DNA of 64,000 nucleotides from Bacteroidales bacterium (lineage in GTDB: Bacteria; Bacteroidota; Bacteroidia; Bacteroidales; UBA1556). Below, piece after piece: positions 1 through 10,095 of this stretch; within the stretch, counting starts at the first letter, position 1, and every line of letters begins with the position of its first letter. The position numbers were made by a program, and so were the translations under genes. The stretch is taken from positions 13,620 through 77,619 of the forward strand of contig JAMOQI010000080.1 of the NCBI GenBank assembly GCA_027064095.1. Reading direction: 5' to 3'. The notes beneath the pieces are model-generated. The model was not told the DNA's origin, did not search any database, and was given only the letters and a program-made list of their open reading frames with translations.

Positions 1-422
1 ATAGAACTGGCAATATGTAGATTAGGATAACCAGATGTGGAAGAAAGAAAATATGCTCCGGCACAAATCCCTACTATACCTTTTCCTTTTTCTGTAACAA
101 ATTCTCGTAATTTATCAGCGCCACTTTCTCCCAAATTATTTAACTGCTTACTACCACTACCACCAGGGATAATAATTGCATCAAAATTTTCTAAAGCACC
201 ATTCTGAATTTCAGCAGCACTAATTGGCACAGCCCAAATTCCGGTATCAATTTTTAAAGCCTCTATTGTCTCAATTACCGAAACAGCACCTGCCCCATTC
301 CCTTTAAAAACACCAACTTTTATTTTACTATCTTCCTCGTTTTGTAAAACTTTGATAGTCTCTTGATGCTGACACGAATAAAACACCCCTAGAACCAAAA
401 GAATTATTATACTGTACTTCAT
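1..422 (-). CDS. BPL-N / class I glutamine-amidotransferase-like lipoprotein (partial, runs off window)
   Basis: Hand translation from ATG at 422: MKYSIIILLVLGVFYSC (lipobox)...FDAIIIPGGSGSKQ...GIVGICAGAY (nucleophile elbow typical of BPL_N/GATase1). Absent from the ORF track. Confidence 0.75.
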   Translation of the reverse strand, partial: MKYSIIILLVLGVFYSCQHQETIKVLQNEEDSKIKVGVFKGNGAGAVSVIETIEALKIDTGIWAVPISAAEIQNGALENFDAIIIPGGSGSKQLNNLGESGADKLREFVTEKGKGIVGICAGAYFLSSTSGYPNLHIASS

Positions 423-590
423 ATAATTACAATAATTTATTAAATATAATATGAGTTTTATACACTATTGCAAATGTAAGCCTTTTTAAATTATCATTGT
501 ATAAATTAGATTTTAAACAAAACTATAAGATTTTTTTATAAATTTGTTGCATAATAAGTTAACTCCAAAAAATAATAAAACATTTTGATT

Positions 591-1193
591 ATGAAATATC
601 TTTCAATAGTTGCTATATCACTTTCTGTTATAATTTTCTTTGGATGCAGTAATACTGATAATACGACAAATGATAGCATTACAAATAATAAAAATAAAAC
701 TGAAGATATCAATCTGGTAAAGGGAAAACAGATTGTACAAAAAGCACAAAGCACACTAGGTAAAAATCTAATGAAGACAATTCAATCTAAAGGAGTTTTA
801 GGTGCAATGGATTTTTGTTCTGCTAAAGCAATGCTCCTTACCGACAGCTTATCAAAAGAGCTAAATGTGATGATAAAAAGAGTCTCTGATAAAAACAGAA
901 ACCCTCAAAATATAGCTAATGATATAGAACTAAATTATATCACAGAAGCAAAACAGCTTATTGCTAATGGCAAAAAGCCATTGCCACACATAATTGACAA
1001 TAAGAACAATACAATAAGCTATTATCCTATTATGACAAACAAAGCTTGTTTGAAATGCCACGGAGAGAAGAATATTGATATTAAAGCAAATGTAGTAGCA
1101 AAAATAGACTCACTCTACCCTGCTGACAAAGCAATAGATTATAAAGAAAATGAATTACGCGGAATATGGGTTTTGGAAATGACAAAGCAATAG
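591..1193 (+). CDS. DUF3365/Tll0287-like mono-heme c lipoprotein
   Basis: Lipobox FFGC, RVSDKNRNPQN, CLKCHG heme motif, YKENELRGIW. Start taken at MKYLS. Confidence 0.8.
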   Translation: MKYLSIVAISLSVIIFFGCSNTDNTTNDSITNNKNKTEDINLVKGKQIVQKAQSTLGKNLMKTIQSKGVLGAMDFCSAKAMLLTDSLSKELNVMIKRVSDKNRNPQNIANDIELNYITEAKQLIANGKKPLPHIIDNKNNTISYYPIMTNKACLKCHGEKNIDIKANVVAKIDSLYPADKAIDYKENELRGIWVLEMTKQ

Positions 1194-1221
1194 TTATTTA
1201 TAACTAATTACTGAAGATTAA

Positions 1222-1338
1222 ACAAAACTAACAGAAATAAAAAGCCGAGGAAATACACTACTTAAGGCTTACGAATTGTGGAAAGGAAATAATAGCCAGA
1301 TAGATGATGTATGCGTAATAGGTATAAAAGCAAAATAG
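1222..1338 (+). pseudogene. C-terminal remnant of a SpoIIE/PP2C-type phosphatase
   Basis: Open frame without a start codon reads ...LLKAYELWKGNNSQIDDVCVIGIKAK*, matching the WKG..Q.DD..VIG.K tail of Bacteroidota SpoIIE proteins. Confidence 0.65.
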
Positions 1339-1350
1339 CGTATTCTGCAT

Positions 1351-2271
1351 CTAAAATATTGACAACTCTGTTTTTGTAGTAAACAATTCCAAGAATTTCA
1401 TTCCTTTAAAAGAATTACCCTTTTTATTTAATTTAGGGCTCCAAGTAGCAATACAATATTTATTTGGCAATAAAGCTACTATGCCTCCGCCAACACCACT
1501 TTTGCCCGGTAAACCCACTTTAAATGAAAACTCACCAGCTTCATCATAAAATCCACAAGTCTGCATTATAGCATTTATACGTTTTGTTTTGCTAAGACTT
1601 AATATTCTTTCTCCAGAAATTGGCTCAATTCCATTATTTGCCAAATACATAAATGTTTGCGCCAAATCCTTATTAGTCATACGGATAGAACATAAATTAA
1701 AATAAAAATCAAGTACATCGTCAACTTCATTATCAATATTACCAAATGACTTCATAAGATTTACAAGAGCTGCATTTCTATAACCAACCTCCTTTTCTGA
1801 TTGGGCTATTCTTGAACAATAGTCTATTTTATTATTATTTGATAATTTTCTCACAAATTCTATAAACTCCTGTTTAGGATATTCCAGCAAACTAATAAGC
1901 ATATCACTAATCACCAATGCCCCAGCATTTATAAATGGATTTCGAGGCACTCCCTCATCATACTCCAACTGCACTAATGAGTTGAAAGGATTACCGGATG
2001 GCTCAACTCCTACCCGCTTCCAAAGTTTCTGATTTTCCAGCTTATAAGCCAAAGATAATGTTAGCACTTTTGCAATACTCTGAATAGAAAATAATTCATC
2101 ACTATCTCCAAAACTATAATGCCGTCCATCAATACTAATTAGATGTACTCCAAATTTATTTGGGTCAACACCTCCCAATTCAGGAATATAATCCGCAATC
2201 TTTCCTCTGTCTTGCGTTTGCTCTATTTGCAAAAATATTTCCTTAAAAATGTTATTATAATCAAAACTCAT
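1351..2271 (-). CDS. glsA: Glutaminase
   Basis: FSIQSIAK (SxxK), VGVEPSGNPFN, NPFINAGA, GLPGKSGVGGG. Confidence 0.95.
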   Translation of the reverse strand: MSFDYNNIFKEIFLQIEQTQDRGKIADYIPELGGVDPNKFGVHLISIDGRHYSFGDSDELFSIQSIAKVLTLSLAYKLENQKLWKRVGVEPSGNPFNSLVQLEYDEGVPRNPFINAGALVISDMLISLLEYPKQEFIEFVRKLSNNNKIDYCSRIAQSEKEVGYRNAALVNLMKSFGNIDNEVDDVLDFYFNLCSIRMTNKDLAQTFMYLANNGIEPISGERILSLSKTKRINAIMQTCGFYDEAGEFSFKVGLPGKSGVGGGIVALLPNKYCIATWSPKLNKKGNSFKGMKFLELFTTKTELSIF

Positions 2272-2461
2272 AGCAACAATTCTAGTTAACTAATTTTATT
2301 ATTTTAAACTTTAAAACCCTCATATATAATTATAATACAAATATAATTATAGGAAAACAGTACGACCACTTCCTATCTTAAGTGCATCTTCTACAAAGTG
2401 TTATAACTATATTAAAATTTAAATAAGTTACATATCAAAGATAGTTATAATTTATTTTGAC

Positions 2462-2711
2462 TTAACTTGGATTATTTACAACCAATCCTGACAATTAAGC
2501 AAAACTAATAATCTCAGTTCGACATAAGATTTCACTCACAGAAAGCTTATATTTAATTGAAGTTAACAAATTTGGATATTTTTCAAATACCCAAATTTGA
2601 TTTTTTCTAAATCAGCCTGTCCTAAATTATTTCGAGAAGGGTTTCCCGCATTACACCCCGATATTCAATGCTTATTCATACAATTTACTTTTATATAAAT
2701 AATGCAGGTAA
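2462..2711. mobile_element. MITE-like composite repeat, copy 1 (~250 bp)
   Basis: Colinear similarity to 14258-14511 (CACTCACAGAAAG, TTTTCAAATACCCAAA, TAAATCAGCCTGTCC, CGCATTACACCCC, TTCATACAATT). Imperfect terminal inverted repeats TTAACTTGGATTATTTA / TAAATAATGCAGGTAA. Confidence 0.75.
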
Positions 2712-2787
2712 AAAATATTTACTAACTATAATTCTATTTATCCAAATATCCAATTCCACTTTAACTAATTATTGATACTTTTACAGC

Positions 2788-4062
2788 ATGAAATATAAAC
2801 TAATATTACTTACTTCATTTATTCTATTTCATCTACTAAGTTCTCAAGTAAAATTATATGCCCAGTCAATACGTAATTGTGGCACTGATAGGCATTTAGA
2901 ATATCAGAAAAAAAATATACCAGGACTTAAACAGAAACTAATAAAACAAGAGAATAATATTACTAAAGCAACAAAATCTCGCAATAACTTTAGCAAAGGA
3001 AAACAAATAATTTACATTCCGGTAGTTTTTCATGTGATTTGGAGTTTAAATATTCACAATATTTCTAATGCACAGATTAATTCACAAATTGATATATTAA
3101 ACCAAGATTATAGAAGACTTAACTCCGATACTTCACTTACACCTAATGATTTTAAAGCAGTAGCTGCTGATGTTGGAATAGAATTTTGTTTGGCACACCA
3201 AGACCCTGATGGTAATTGGACTGATGGAATAACAAGAACCCATTCTTCAAAATCTGTTTTTGAGATGAATACCGACGAGGCTAAATTTACCTCAACGGGG
3301 GGATACGATGCATGGGATGCTACTAAATATCTAAATATTTGGATAGTACCTTCTATTTCTGATAATGGAATGGGCGGCATTTTAGGATACACTCAATGGC
3401 CGGGAGGCAGCTGGACAACAGATGGAGTAGTAATAGCATATAAATATATTGGGAATATCGGCACAGCAGTGGCACCATTTAATTTAGGAAGAACAGCAAC
3501 TCACGAAATTGGACATTGGCTTGGATTATCGCATATTTGGGGCGACGATAACGGAGCTTGTTGGGGAAGCGATAATATCGATGATACTCCGAATCAAGCT
3601 GGATCTAATTATGGATGCCCAACTCATCCGAGTATTAGCTGCTCAAATAATGGCGATATGTTTATGAACTATATGGATTATACTGATGATACATGTATGA
3701 ATATTTTTACAATTGATCAAAAAATCAGAATGTTAACAGTACTGGATAGCATAAGACCAATTATTAAAACTTCCGGCAAATGTCAGGCTAACAGCATCGA
3801 AAGCAATAAAAATATCATTGACTTTTCTATTTCCCCAAACCCTAGTAGTTTTATGCTACTTTTAAGCTGGAAAAATCAATCCTTAGCAAAAAAAATAGAA
3901 ATTAAAATAATTGACGTTTACGGCAGAGTTGTAATAGAATTAACAAAAGAATCAAATAAATTAAATACAAACATTAAAATAAATAATCTTGAGCCAGGAC
4001 TTTATTTAATCAACCTTAAATCAGGTTCGATGCTTGGTACTAAAAAATTAATAATACAATAA
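2788..4062 (+). CDS. M43 (ulilysin/pappalysin-like) zinc metalloprotease with T9SS C-terminal domain
   Basis: Signal peptide, RNCGT Cys switch, HEIGHWLGLSH, MNYMDY Met-turn, C-terminal SPNPS...PGLYLINL...KKLIIQ. Confidence 0.9.
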   Translation: MKYKLILLTSFILFHLLSSQVKLYAQSIRNCGTDRHLEYQKKNIPGLKQKLIKQENNITKATKSRNNFSKGKQIIYIPVVFHVIWSLNIHNISNAQINSQIDILNQDYRRLNSDTSLTPNDFKAVAADVGIEFCLAHQDPDGNWTDGITRTHSSKSVFEMNTDEAKFTSTGGYDAWDATKYLNIWIVPSISDNGMGGILGYTQWPGGSWTTDGVVIAYKYIGNIGTAVAPFNLGRTATHEIGHWLGLSHIWGDDNGACWGSDNIDDTPNQAGSNYGCPTHPSISCSNNGDMFMNYMDYTDDTCMNIFTIDQKIRMLTVLDSIRPIIKTSGKCQANSIESNKNIIDFSISPNPSSFMLLLSWKNQSLAKKIEIKIIDVYGRVVIELTKESNKLNTNIKINNLEPGLYLINLKSGSMLGTKKLIIQ

Positions 4063-4064
4063 AT

Positions 4065-5165
4065 ATGATTATAGAAGAAATAGTAAAAGATACCGATATA
4101 GAATCAATAGTAAAAAAAATCCTAAAAGGAGAGAGAATAGATGTAAAAGAAGGAATAGAACTATATAAAAAAGCAGATCTATCCATATTGGGTTATTTAG
4201 CAAACTACATAAGAGAACAGAAAAACGGTGACAATGTTTTTTTTAATCGGAACTTACATATAGAACCAACTAACCAATGTGTTTATGCATGTAAATTTTG
4301 TTCTTATTACCGCAAGAAAGGCGAAAAAGGATGGGAATTTTCAAGAGAAGATATGATAAAGCAAGTGGAAGATATGGGAGATAAAATCACTGAGGTTCAT
4401 ATTGTTGGAGGTGTGCATCCAAAATGGGATCTGCACTATTATGGAAAGTTATTTCAGGAAATAAAGAGAATAAGACCCGACGTACATATCAAAGCATTCA
4501 CAGCTGTAGAGATCAGCTATATTGCAAAACGCTCAAAAATGAGTATTGAAGAAGGACTTAATGCCCTTAAGGCATATGGTTTAGACTCTATTCCTGGTGG
4601 TGGTGCAGAAATTTTTGATGAAGAAGTACGACAAAAAGTTTGTCCACATAAAGATACTGGTGAAGAATGGTTGTATTTACACGAAACTGCTCATAAAATC
4701 GGCATACCTACAAACGCGACAATCCTTTACGGACATATAGAAAAAATCGAACACCGTATAGATCATTTTAACCGACTACGAGAACTACAAGACAAGACAG
4801 GAGGATTTAACGTGTTTATTCCATTAAAATATAAAATGGCTAATAATGAGCTTTCTTATCTTGGAGAAGTAAGCGTTGTGGAAGATATTAAGCTGTATGC
4901 AATGGCCAGAATATTCCTCGACAACTTTAATCACATAAAAGCATACTGGCCAATGATAGGAAAAGACATATCACAATTACTACTTTCTTTTGGAGTTGAT
5001 GATTTTGATGGAACTATAAATGACAGCACAAAAATATATTCACTTGCTGGAGCTGAAGACCAGGAACCAAGTATGACAACCGACGAAATGATAGATATGA
5101 TAAAAGCTGTTGGAAGAAAACCTATTGAAAGAGATTCAATATATAACGTATTGAAAGAATACTAA
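4065..5165 (+). CDS. mqnE: Aminofutalosine synthase MqnE (CofH-family radical SAM)
   Basis: EPTNQCVYACKFC, EVHIVGGVHP, HIKAFTAVEI, PGGGAEIF, HIKAYWPM. Confidence 0.8.
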   Translation: MIIEEIVKDTDIESIVKKILKGERIDVKEGIELYKKADLSILGYLANYIREQKNGDNVFFNRNLHIEPTNQCVYACKFCSYYRKKGEKGWEFSREDMIKQVEDMGDKITEVHIVGGVHPKWDLHYYGKLFQEIKRIRPDVHIKAFTAVEISYIAKRSKMSIEEGLNALKAYGLDSIPGGGAEIFDEEVRQKVCPHKDTGEEWLYLHETAHKIGIPTNATILYGHIEKIEHRIDHFNRLRELQDKTGGFNVFIPLKYKMANNELSYLGEVSVVEDIKLYAMARIFLDNFNHIKAYWPMIGKDISQLLLSFGVDDFDGTINDSTKIYSLAGAEDQEPSMTTDEMIDMIKAVGRKPIERDSIYNVLKEY

Positions 5166-5428
5166 AGCGTAGTACTAAAAGTATTAAATCGCATTATTCA
5201 TCGCTTAATCATACTATTTTGCATCAAACACCAATTAGATAATCAAACAGCCATAAAAAATACAATGAATCTATCGGCAATTTTAATTACTTTTTCGTAT
5301 CATTTCACTTTTGTTTAAATAATTTTGGTTAATACAATTATTATTACTTTTGCTCGTTGGAGAATAGCTTAGATTATTCACAAATAATCTTGAGAATTAA
5401 ATATTCCTTTAGGAGCAAATATAGGTTT

Positions 5429-6421
5429 ATGACAACAATCGAAACAGCAAAATTGTTTAAATCATTTAACAACAAAAAAGTCCTTATTATTGGAGATGTA
5501 ATGGTTGACGCATATCTATTTGGCAAAGTAGATAGAATTTCACCGGAAGCACCGGTACCTGTTGTTTCTGTATCAGGACGAAATAGCAGAATGGGAGGAG
5601 CAGCAAATGTAGCATTAAATATTAGCGCGCTAGGTGCTGAACCTTTTTTATGCTCCGTAATTGGTAATGATACCAGAGGCAAAGAGTTTATCAATCTACT
5701 TAAGAAAAGGGGAATGAGTGATTTGGGAATTGTAAAGAGTAAAACCAGACCCACAACCACTAAATTTAGAGTATTAGGCAATAATGTACAAATGCTAAGG
5801 GTTGACGAAGAGGTTACCCACTATATCAGCAGAAACGAAGAAAGAGAGCTACTAAAAAAAATCACTGAAATAATTGAAAACAAAGCCATTAATGCTATTA
5901 TTTTTGAAGATTACGATAAAGGGTCAATCACTCCTACTCTAATAAGTTCTGTGGTAAAAATTGCCAAAAAACATAATATTATTATCACTGTCGACCCAAA
6001 AAAGAGAAATTTCAATCATTATGCAGATCTAACTCTTTTAAAGCCAAATTTTAAGGAACTTAAAGAAGGCCTTGGAAAAGAAATAGAGAATGGTGATATC
6101 CACAGCATTAGAAACTCGGCAATGGAAGTCCTCAGAAAAAATAATCTTAAAACAATTATTGTTACTCTTTCAGAACATGGAGTATTAATATGCAAAAAAA
6201 ATCTCCAGACTCATATTCCAGCCATAATAAGAAATATTGCAGATGTATCAGGAGCTGGTGATACAGTTATTTCAGTATTAACGCTAGCAATGTCATCTAA
6301 CTTTTCAGAAGTTGAAGCTGCAAAACTAGCTAATATAGCTGGTGGTATTGTATGCGAAGAGATTGGAGTTGTGCCTATTGATAAAGAAAAACTACTTAGT
6401 GAAGCAATAAAATTATTGTAG
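5429..6421 (+). CDS. rfaE1: Heptose-7-phosphate kinase (HldE/RfaE domain I, PfkB family)
   Basis: IGDVMVD, RISPEAPVPVV, GGAANVA, DVSGAGDTV. ATG at 5429 preferred over TTG at 5357; TACTTTTG promoter box at 5345-5352. Confidence 0.85.
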   Translation: MTTIETAKLFKSFNNKKVLIIGDVMVDAYLFGKVDRISPEAPVPVVSVSGRNSRMGGAANVALNISALGAEPFLCSVIGNDTRGKEFINLLKKRGMSDLGIVKSKTRPTTTKFRVLGNNVQMLRVDEEVTHYISRNEERELLKKITEIIENKAINAIIFEDYDKGSITPTLISSVVKIAKKHNIIITVDPKKRNFNHYADLTLLKPNFKELKEGLGKEIENGDIHSIRNSAMEVLRKNNLKTIIVTLSEHGVLICKKNLQTHIPAIIRNIADVSGAGDTVISVLTLAMSSNFSEVEAAKLANIAGGIVCEEIGVVPIDKEKLLSEAIKLL

Positions 6422-6434
6422 CTATTTTATAACC

Positions 6435-7145
6435 ATGATTAATATTTTTAAAAATACTATTTCAGTCATTTTTTTACTACTTATATTAAATTCATGCAAT
6501 AATGACAATAGTGAGTTAAGTAAAAGAGAACAAACTCTTTTATTTCAATCATATCACGGATTTATTTTACCCATAGATTCCTTTAAAACCCTAAATGATG
6601 CTCTTATCTATTTGGACGACACATATTGTCTCAAACATGAAGAACAATGGCCCATAACATTTTTAGATATGAAATCACATAGCTTGGTTAGTAAACCAAA
6701 TAATAATACCGTTAAAATTGGGCTGGAACCTCCACTTTGTTTCGACGCCCAGGTAGAATTCGACCCTACAATGATATTAGAAATTGTTAAAGACAGACAT
6801 AATATCACCATTGAGGGAGAATATACCGAGATAGACAGTATCCCTATATATGTAAAAAAACAAATGCTAAGTTTAGGAGATGACCCTAATTATTCAATTG
6901 GCGCTCTTGGTAATGGCATTTGGATTTGTACTAATAAGGATGACAACTTTGAAAATCTGTACCCTTTTATTTATGAATCTGTAATTGGATTTATTGAATC
7001 CGCAAGAGAATATTCTAATATGGCTTACAATAAAGATATTGAAGATCTTAACGAACAAGAATTTGATGAATTATCGAAAGAATTTTCACTTCATTTATCT
7101 TTCAAATATACCGATGAAGAAGCAAGTATAAAATTAGACCTTTAA
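6435..7145 (+). CDS. Hypothetical lipoprotein
   Basis: LLLILNSC lipobox, acidic body, operonic spacing. Confidence 0.6.
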   Translation: MINIFKNTISVIFLLLILNSCNNDNSELSKREQTLLFQSYHGFILPIDSFKTLNDALIYLDDTYCLKHEEQWPITFLDMKSHSLVSKPNNNTVKIGLEPPLCFDAQVEFDPTMILEIVKDRHNITIEGEYTEIDSIPIYVKKQMLSLGDDPNYSIGALGNGIWICTNKDDNFENLYPFIYESVIGFIESAREYSNMAYNKDIEDLNEQEFDELSKEFSLHLSFKYTDEEASIKLDL

Positions 7146-7152
7146 TCAAAAA

Positions 7153-7704
7153 ATGGATACTATATTTACTCTTAGGAAAACTCTCCAAAATATAAATGTT
7201 AAACATTGGCAGTACTTATTTTTAGGCACAATTATTTCAATAAGCTCTGCTATCTTTTGGTTTTACTATAGCATTATTATTGGAATTAACCTCAATATAA
7301 TAATCATATTATCTGCTCTAATACAAGGCTTTATCGCTTATCTATTTATGGAAGTTAAGGGAGAAGCGCGAAAAATATTCTTCTCACTTTTATTTTCTTT
7401 CCTTTCATTTTTTATAGGAAAATATCTTTTTTATGAACATTATTATGATTGGATTTTAAATGCATATATCGACAAAACAGTTATCAATAAAGACTTAGTA
7501 ATTTTTTATTTAAAAGAAATAAATATAAAAAGTATAGGCCTTTTTATGACAAATATCTCAAAAGTATTCTCATTAATAGACATTCTTTGGGTAGCACTAA
7601 TTGTTTTGTTCTCTCTCATATATATGTTTCTTCCCTTTGAAGAACACAAGATATCGACACCCCAAAATATGCGTAAAATGTTCCGCAAAAGACGTTTCGA
7701 ATAG
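7153..7704 (+). CDS. Hypothetical membrane protein (~4 TM)
   Basis: Several hydrophobic segments, basic C-terminus. Confidence 0.6.
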   Translation: MDTIFTLRKTLQNINVKHWQYLFLGTIISISSAIFWFYYSIIIGINLNIIIILSALIQGFIAYLFMEVKGEARKIFFSLLFSFLSFFIGKYLFYEHYYDWILNAYIDKTVINKDLVIFYLKEINIKSIGLFMTNISKVFSLIDILWVALIVLFSLIYMFLPFEEHKISTPQNMRKMFRKRRFE

Positions 7705-7750
7705 AACGCTAAAAAGCCTAACTTTGCGAGCTAGATATTTTATATAGAAT

Positions 7751-8482
7751 ATGATTGAAGACCAACAACATTTGGAAGCACTTCCCGGAGAAGATAAAAA
7801 GGAAAAAGTGCGCAATATGTTTAATAATATTGCGTCAAAATACGATTTTCTAAACCATTTTCTTTCTTTTGGAATTGATTATTATTGGAGAAACAGAGTT
7901 CTGAAAATAATTAAATCAAAACAACCAAAATCCATACTTGATATAGCTACCGGAACCGGTGATTTAGCTATACTTGCCTCAAAAGCAAATCCCGAAAATA
8001 TTATTGGTATCGATATTTCTGAAAAAATGCTTAGAGTAGGTGTTGAAAAAATTAAAAACAAAAATTTAGAATCCTTAATTAATCTTCAACAAGCTGATTC
8101 CGAAGATTTACCTTTTGACGATAATCATTTTGACCTTGCAATGGTAGCTTTTGGAGTACGTAATTTTGCTCACCTTGATATTGGGTTGTCTGAAATTCGT
8201 AGAGTTCTTAAACCAGGAGGCACACTCATTGTTTTGGAATTTTCGCATCCTACTTCTTTTCCAATGAAACAACTTTATGGTTTTTATTCAAAAAACATAC
8301 TACCATTTTTTGGAAAATTAATATCTAATGACTCTAGTGCATATACATATTTACCTGAATCAGTAAAACGATTTCCTGCCTATGACGAATTCACTTCGGC
8401 AATGAATAAAGTTGGTTTTAAAAATACTAAATGGGAATCGTTGAGCTCCGGAATATCATGTATTTATACTGGTGACAAATAA
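7751..8482 (+). CDS. ubiE: Demethylmenaquinone methyltransferase UbiE/MenG
   Basis: MFNNIASKYDFLNHFLSFG, LDIATGTGD, AFGVRN, RVLKPGG, AYTYLPESV. Confidence 0.95.
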   Translation: MIEDQQHLEALPGEDKKEKVRNMFNNIASKYDFLNHFLSFGIDYYWRNRVLKIIKSKQPKSILDIATGTGDLAILASKANPENIIGIDISEKMLRVGVEKIKNKNLESLINLQQADSEDLPFDDNHFDLAMVAFGVRNFAHLDIGLSEIRRVLKPGGTLIVLEFSHPTSFPMKQLYGFYSKNILPFFGKLISNDSSAYTYLPESVKRFPAYDEFTSAMNKVGFKNTKWESLSSGISCIYTGDK

Positions 8483-8515
8483 ACAATATTACTACTATTA
8501 ATACGTTTTTGATAG

Positions 8516-9241
8516 ATGAAATTTACGTTAAAATACATATTATTATTTGCATTTTCTATTGTTAGCACACATCATATTAGCGCCCAAAATATGCCCAAAA
8601 ATCTCCCAAAATACGACCACAAGCAATGGCATTTTGGCTTTACTTTAGGCATAAACACTATGAATTTCAGCCTTAGACCTGTTGATCAAAGTAAATATGA
8701 CACATCAATAGTTATAATCCAGCCAATGCTTTCACAAGGGTTTAATGTTGGTATTGTTGCCAATAAAAGGCTTGCCGAATACTTAGACCTCCGATTTGTA
8801 CCAACACTTTCCTTTGGGCAAAGAAATATGAAATATGTTTTGAAAACTAGCCCGACAGAAGAAAAACAATATATAAAGTCCGTTGAAAGTACATTCCTTG
8901 ATTTCCCATTTACAATTAAATATAAATCTAAAAGGTTTGACGGAAAACTAAATAATATGAGAGCCTACGTGCTTGGTGGTGCAAGATATAGTCTTGATTT
9001 AGCTTCACAGAAAAAGAAAAAAGGTGTTTCCGAAGAGGTTGTTATTAAATTAAATCCTCATGACTTTATGTTTACTACTGGTGTTGGTTTCGACTTTTAT
9101 TTACCATATTTCAAACTTGGCGTTGAACTCCAAATGGCATACGGTATTGTTAATGTTTTAAATGAAGAACAAACTATCTTCACAACTAATGTTGACAGAC
9201 TATCAAGTAAAATGATGTGGTTAACCTTAACTTTTGAATAA
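8516..9241 (+). CDS. porT: T9SS outer-membrane beta-barrel PorT/SprT
   Basis: HFGFTLGIN, GFNVGI, LDLRFVPTLSFGQR, GFDFYLPYFKL, C-terminal FE. The ubiE-porT adjacency is typical of Bacteroidota. Confidence 0.85.
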   Translation: MKFTLKYILLFAFSIVSTHHISAQNMPKNLPKYDHKQWHFGFTLGINTMNFSLRPVDQSKYDTSIVIIQPMLSQGFNVGIVANKRLAEYLDLRFVPTLSFGQRNMKYVLKTSPTEEKQYIKSVESTFLDFPFTIKYKSKRFDGKLNNMRAYVLGGARYSLDLASQKKKKGVSEEVVIKLNPHDFMFTTGVGFDFYLPYFKLGVELQMAYGIVNVLNEEQTIFTTNVDRLSSKMMWLTLTFE

Positions 9242-9266
9242 TAATTTTTTGAAATCCAACAAGATA

Positions 9267-10094
9267 ATGCAATTTTCAAAACAGACATTATATCCACTTC
9301 TCATTATTTTTATTTTTATCTTTTATTCATCATCTGCTAACTCCCAAAGAGATATTAAGATAGTATCAAGTTTTACAAAAAATAATACAACAATTGAAAA
9401 TACTATTTTAATAAATAATGATTTTATAATGTTTAAGAATAATGACATCAATATTCGTCTTTCGAAAAACAATGAAATTCTCGATATAGAATTAAATACT
9501 ATAGGAGTAAAATGGTCAGGAAACTTAGCCGGTTTCACCGAAAGATATAATGAATTCTGCAAGATAAAAACAGACTTTAAATACAAAACCTACGACGCCA
9601 ATATTCAAAAAAACAGAAGTATATTGCTAAATAATAATGATGCCATTTTAATAAATGATAGTTTGGTTAGCTATAAAAATTCTTTTCCTACATATATATT
9701 TACTAAAACAAATATAACTTCTAAAATTATTGGTTACAAAGCTGTCAGATATGATAGCCAGAGTGATTCAAATTTTATAGAATTATTTATGGGATATAAA
9801 TTAACCAGTATAGATTTGACGACAATAAAAAATCTTAATATTATTATTCAAAAAATATCATCGAGTATAGATAAAGAGTATACAATAAATTTAAACTTTT
9901 TGAATTCAACTAATAATCTATTCCCTTTAAAAACGGTTATTTATAAATCAAACAAAAATATTATTAGCCAAGAAACAGTTATAGCTTTGGATAAAATGGA
10001 AATAGACAAATCAAAATGCCATCCAAATAACAAATATACAAGCTTAAGTCTATTTGATTTATTACAGGCAGCCAAAAATGAAATAAAATTATAG
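9267..10094 (+). CDS. Exported hypothetical protein (DUF4412/GLPGLI-like)
   Basis: Signal peptide from MQFSK. TKTNITSKIIGYKAVRY resembles the kT...kI.GY.c..Y motif. Confidence 0.5.
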   Translation: MQFSKQTLYPLLIIFIFIFYSSSANSQRDIKIVSSFTKNNTTIENTILINNDFIMFKNNDINIRLSKNNEILDIELNTIGVKWSGNLAGFTERYNEFCKIKTDFKYKTYDANIQKNRSILLNNNDAILINDSLVSYKNSFPTYIFTKTNITSKIIGYKAVRYDSQSDSNFIELFMGYKLTSIDLTTIKNLNIIIQKISSSIDKEYTINLNFLNSTNNLFPLKTVIYKSNKNIISQETVIALDKMEIDKSKCHPNNKYTSLSLFDLLQAAKNEIKL

Positions 10095-10095
10095 T

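Noticed and set aside
2401-2450. TTATAACTAT...ATAGTTATAA inverted repeat
   Set aside because: Only 10 bp and almost all A/T, so plausibly chance in this composition.
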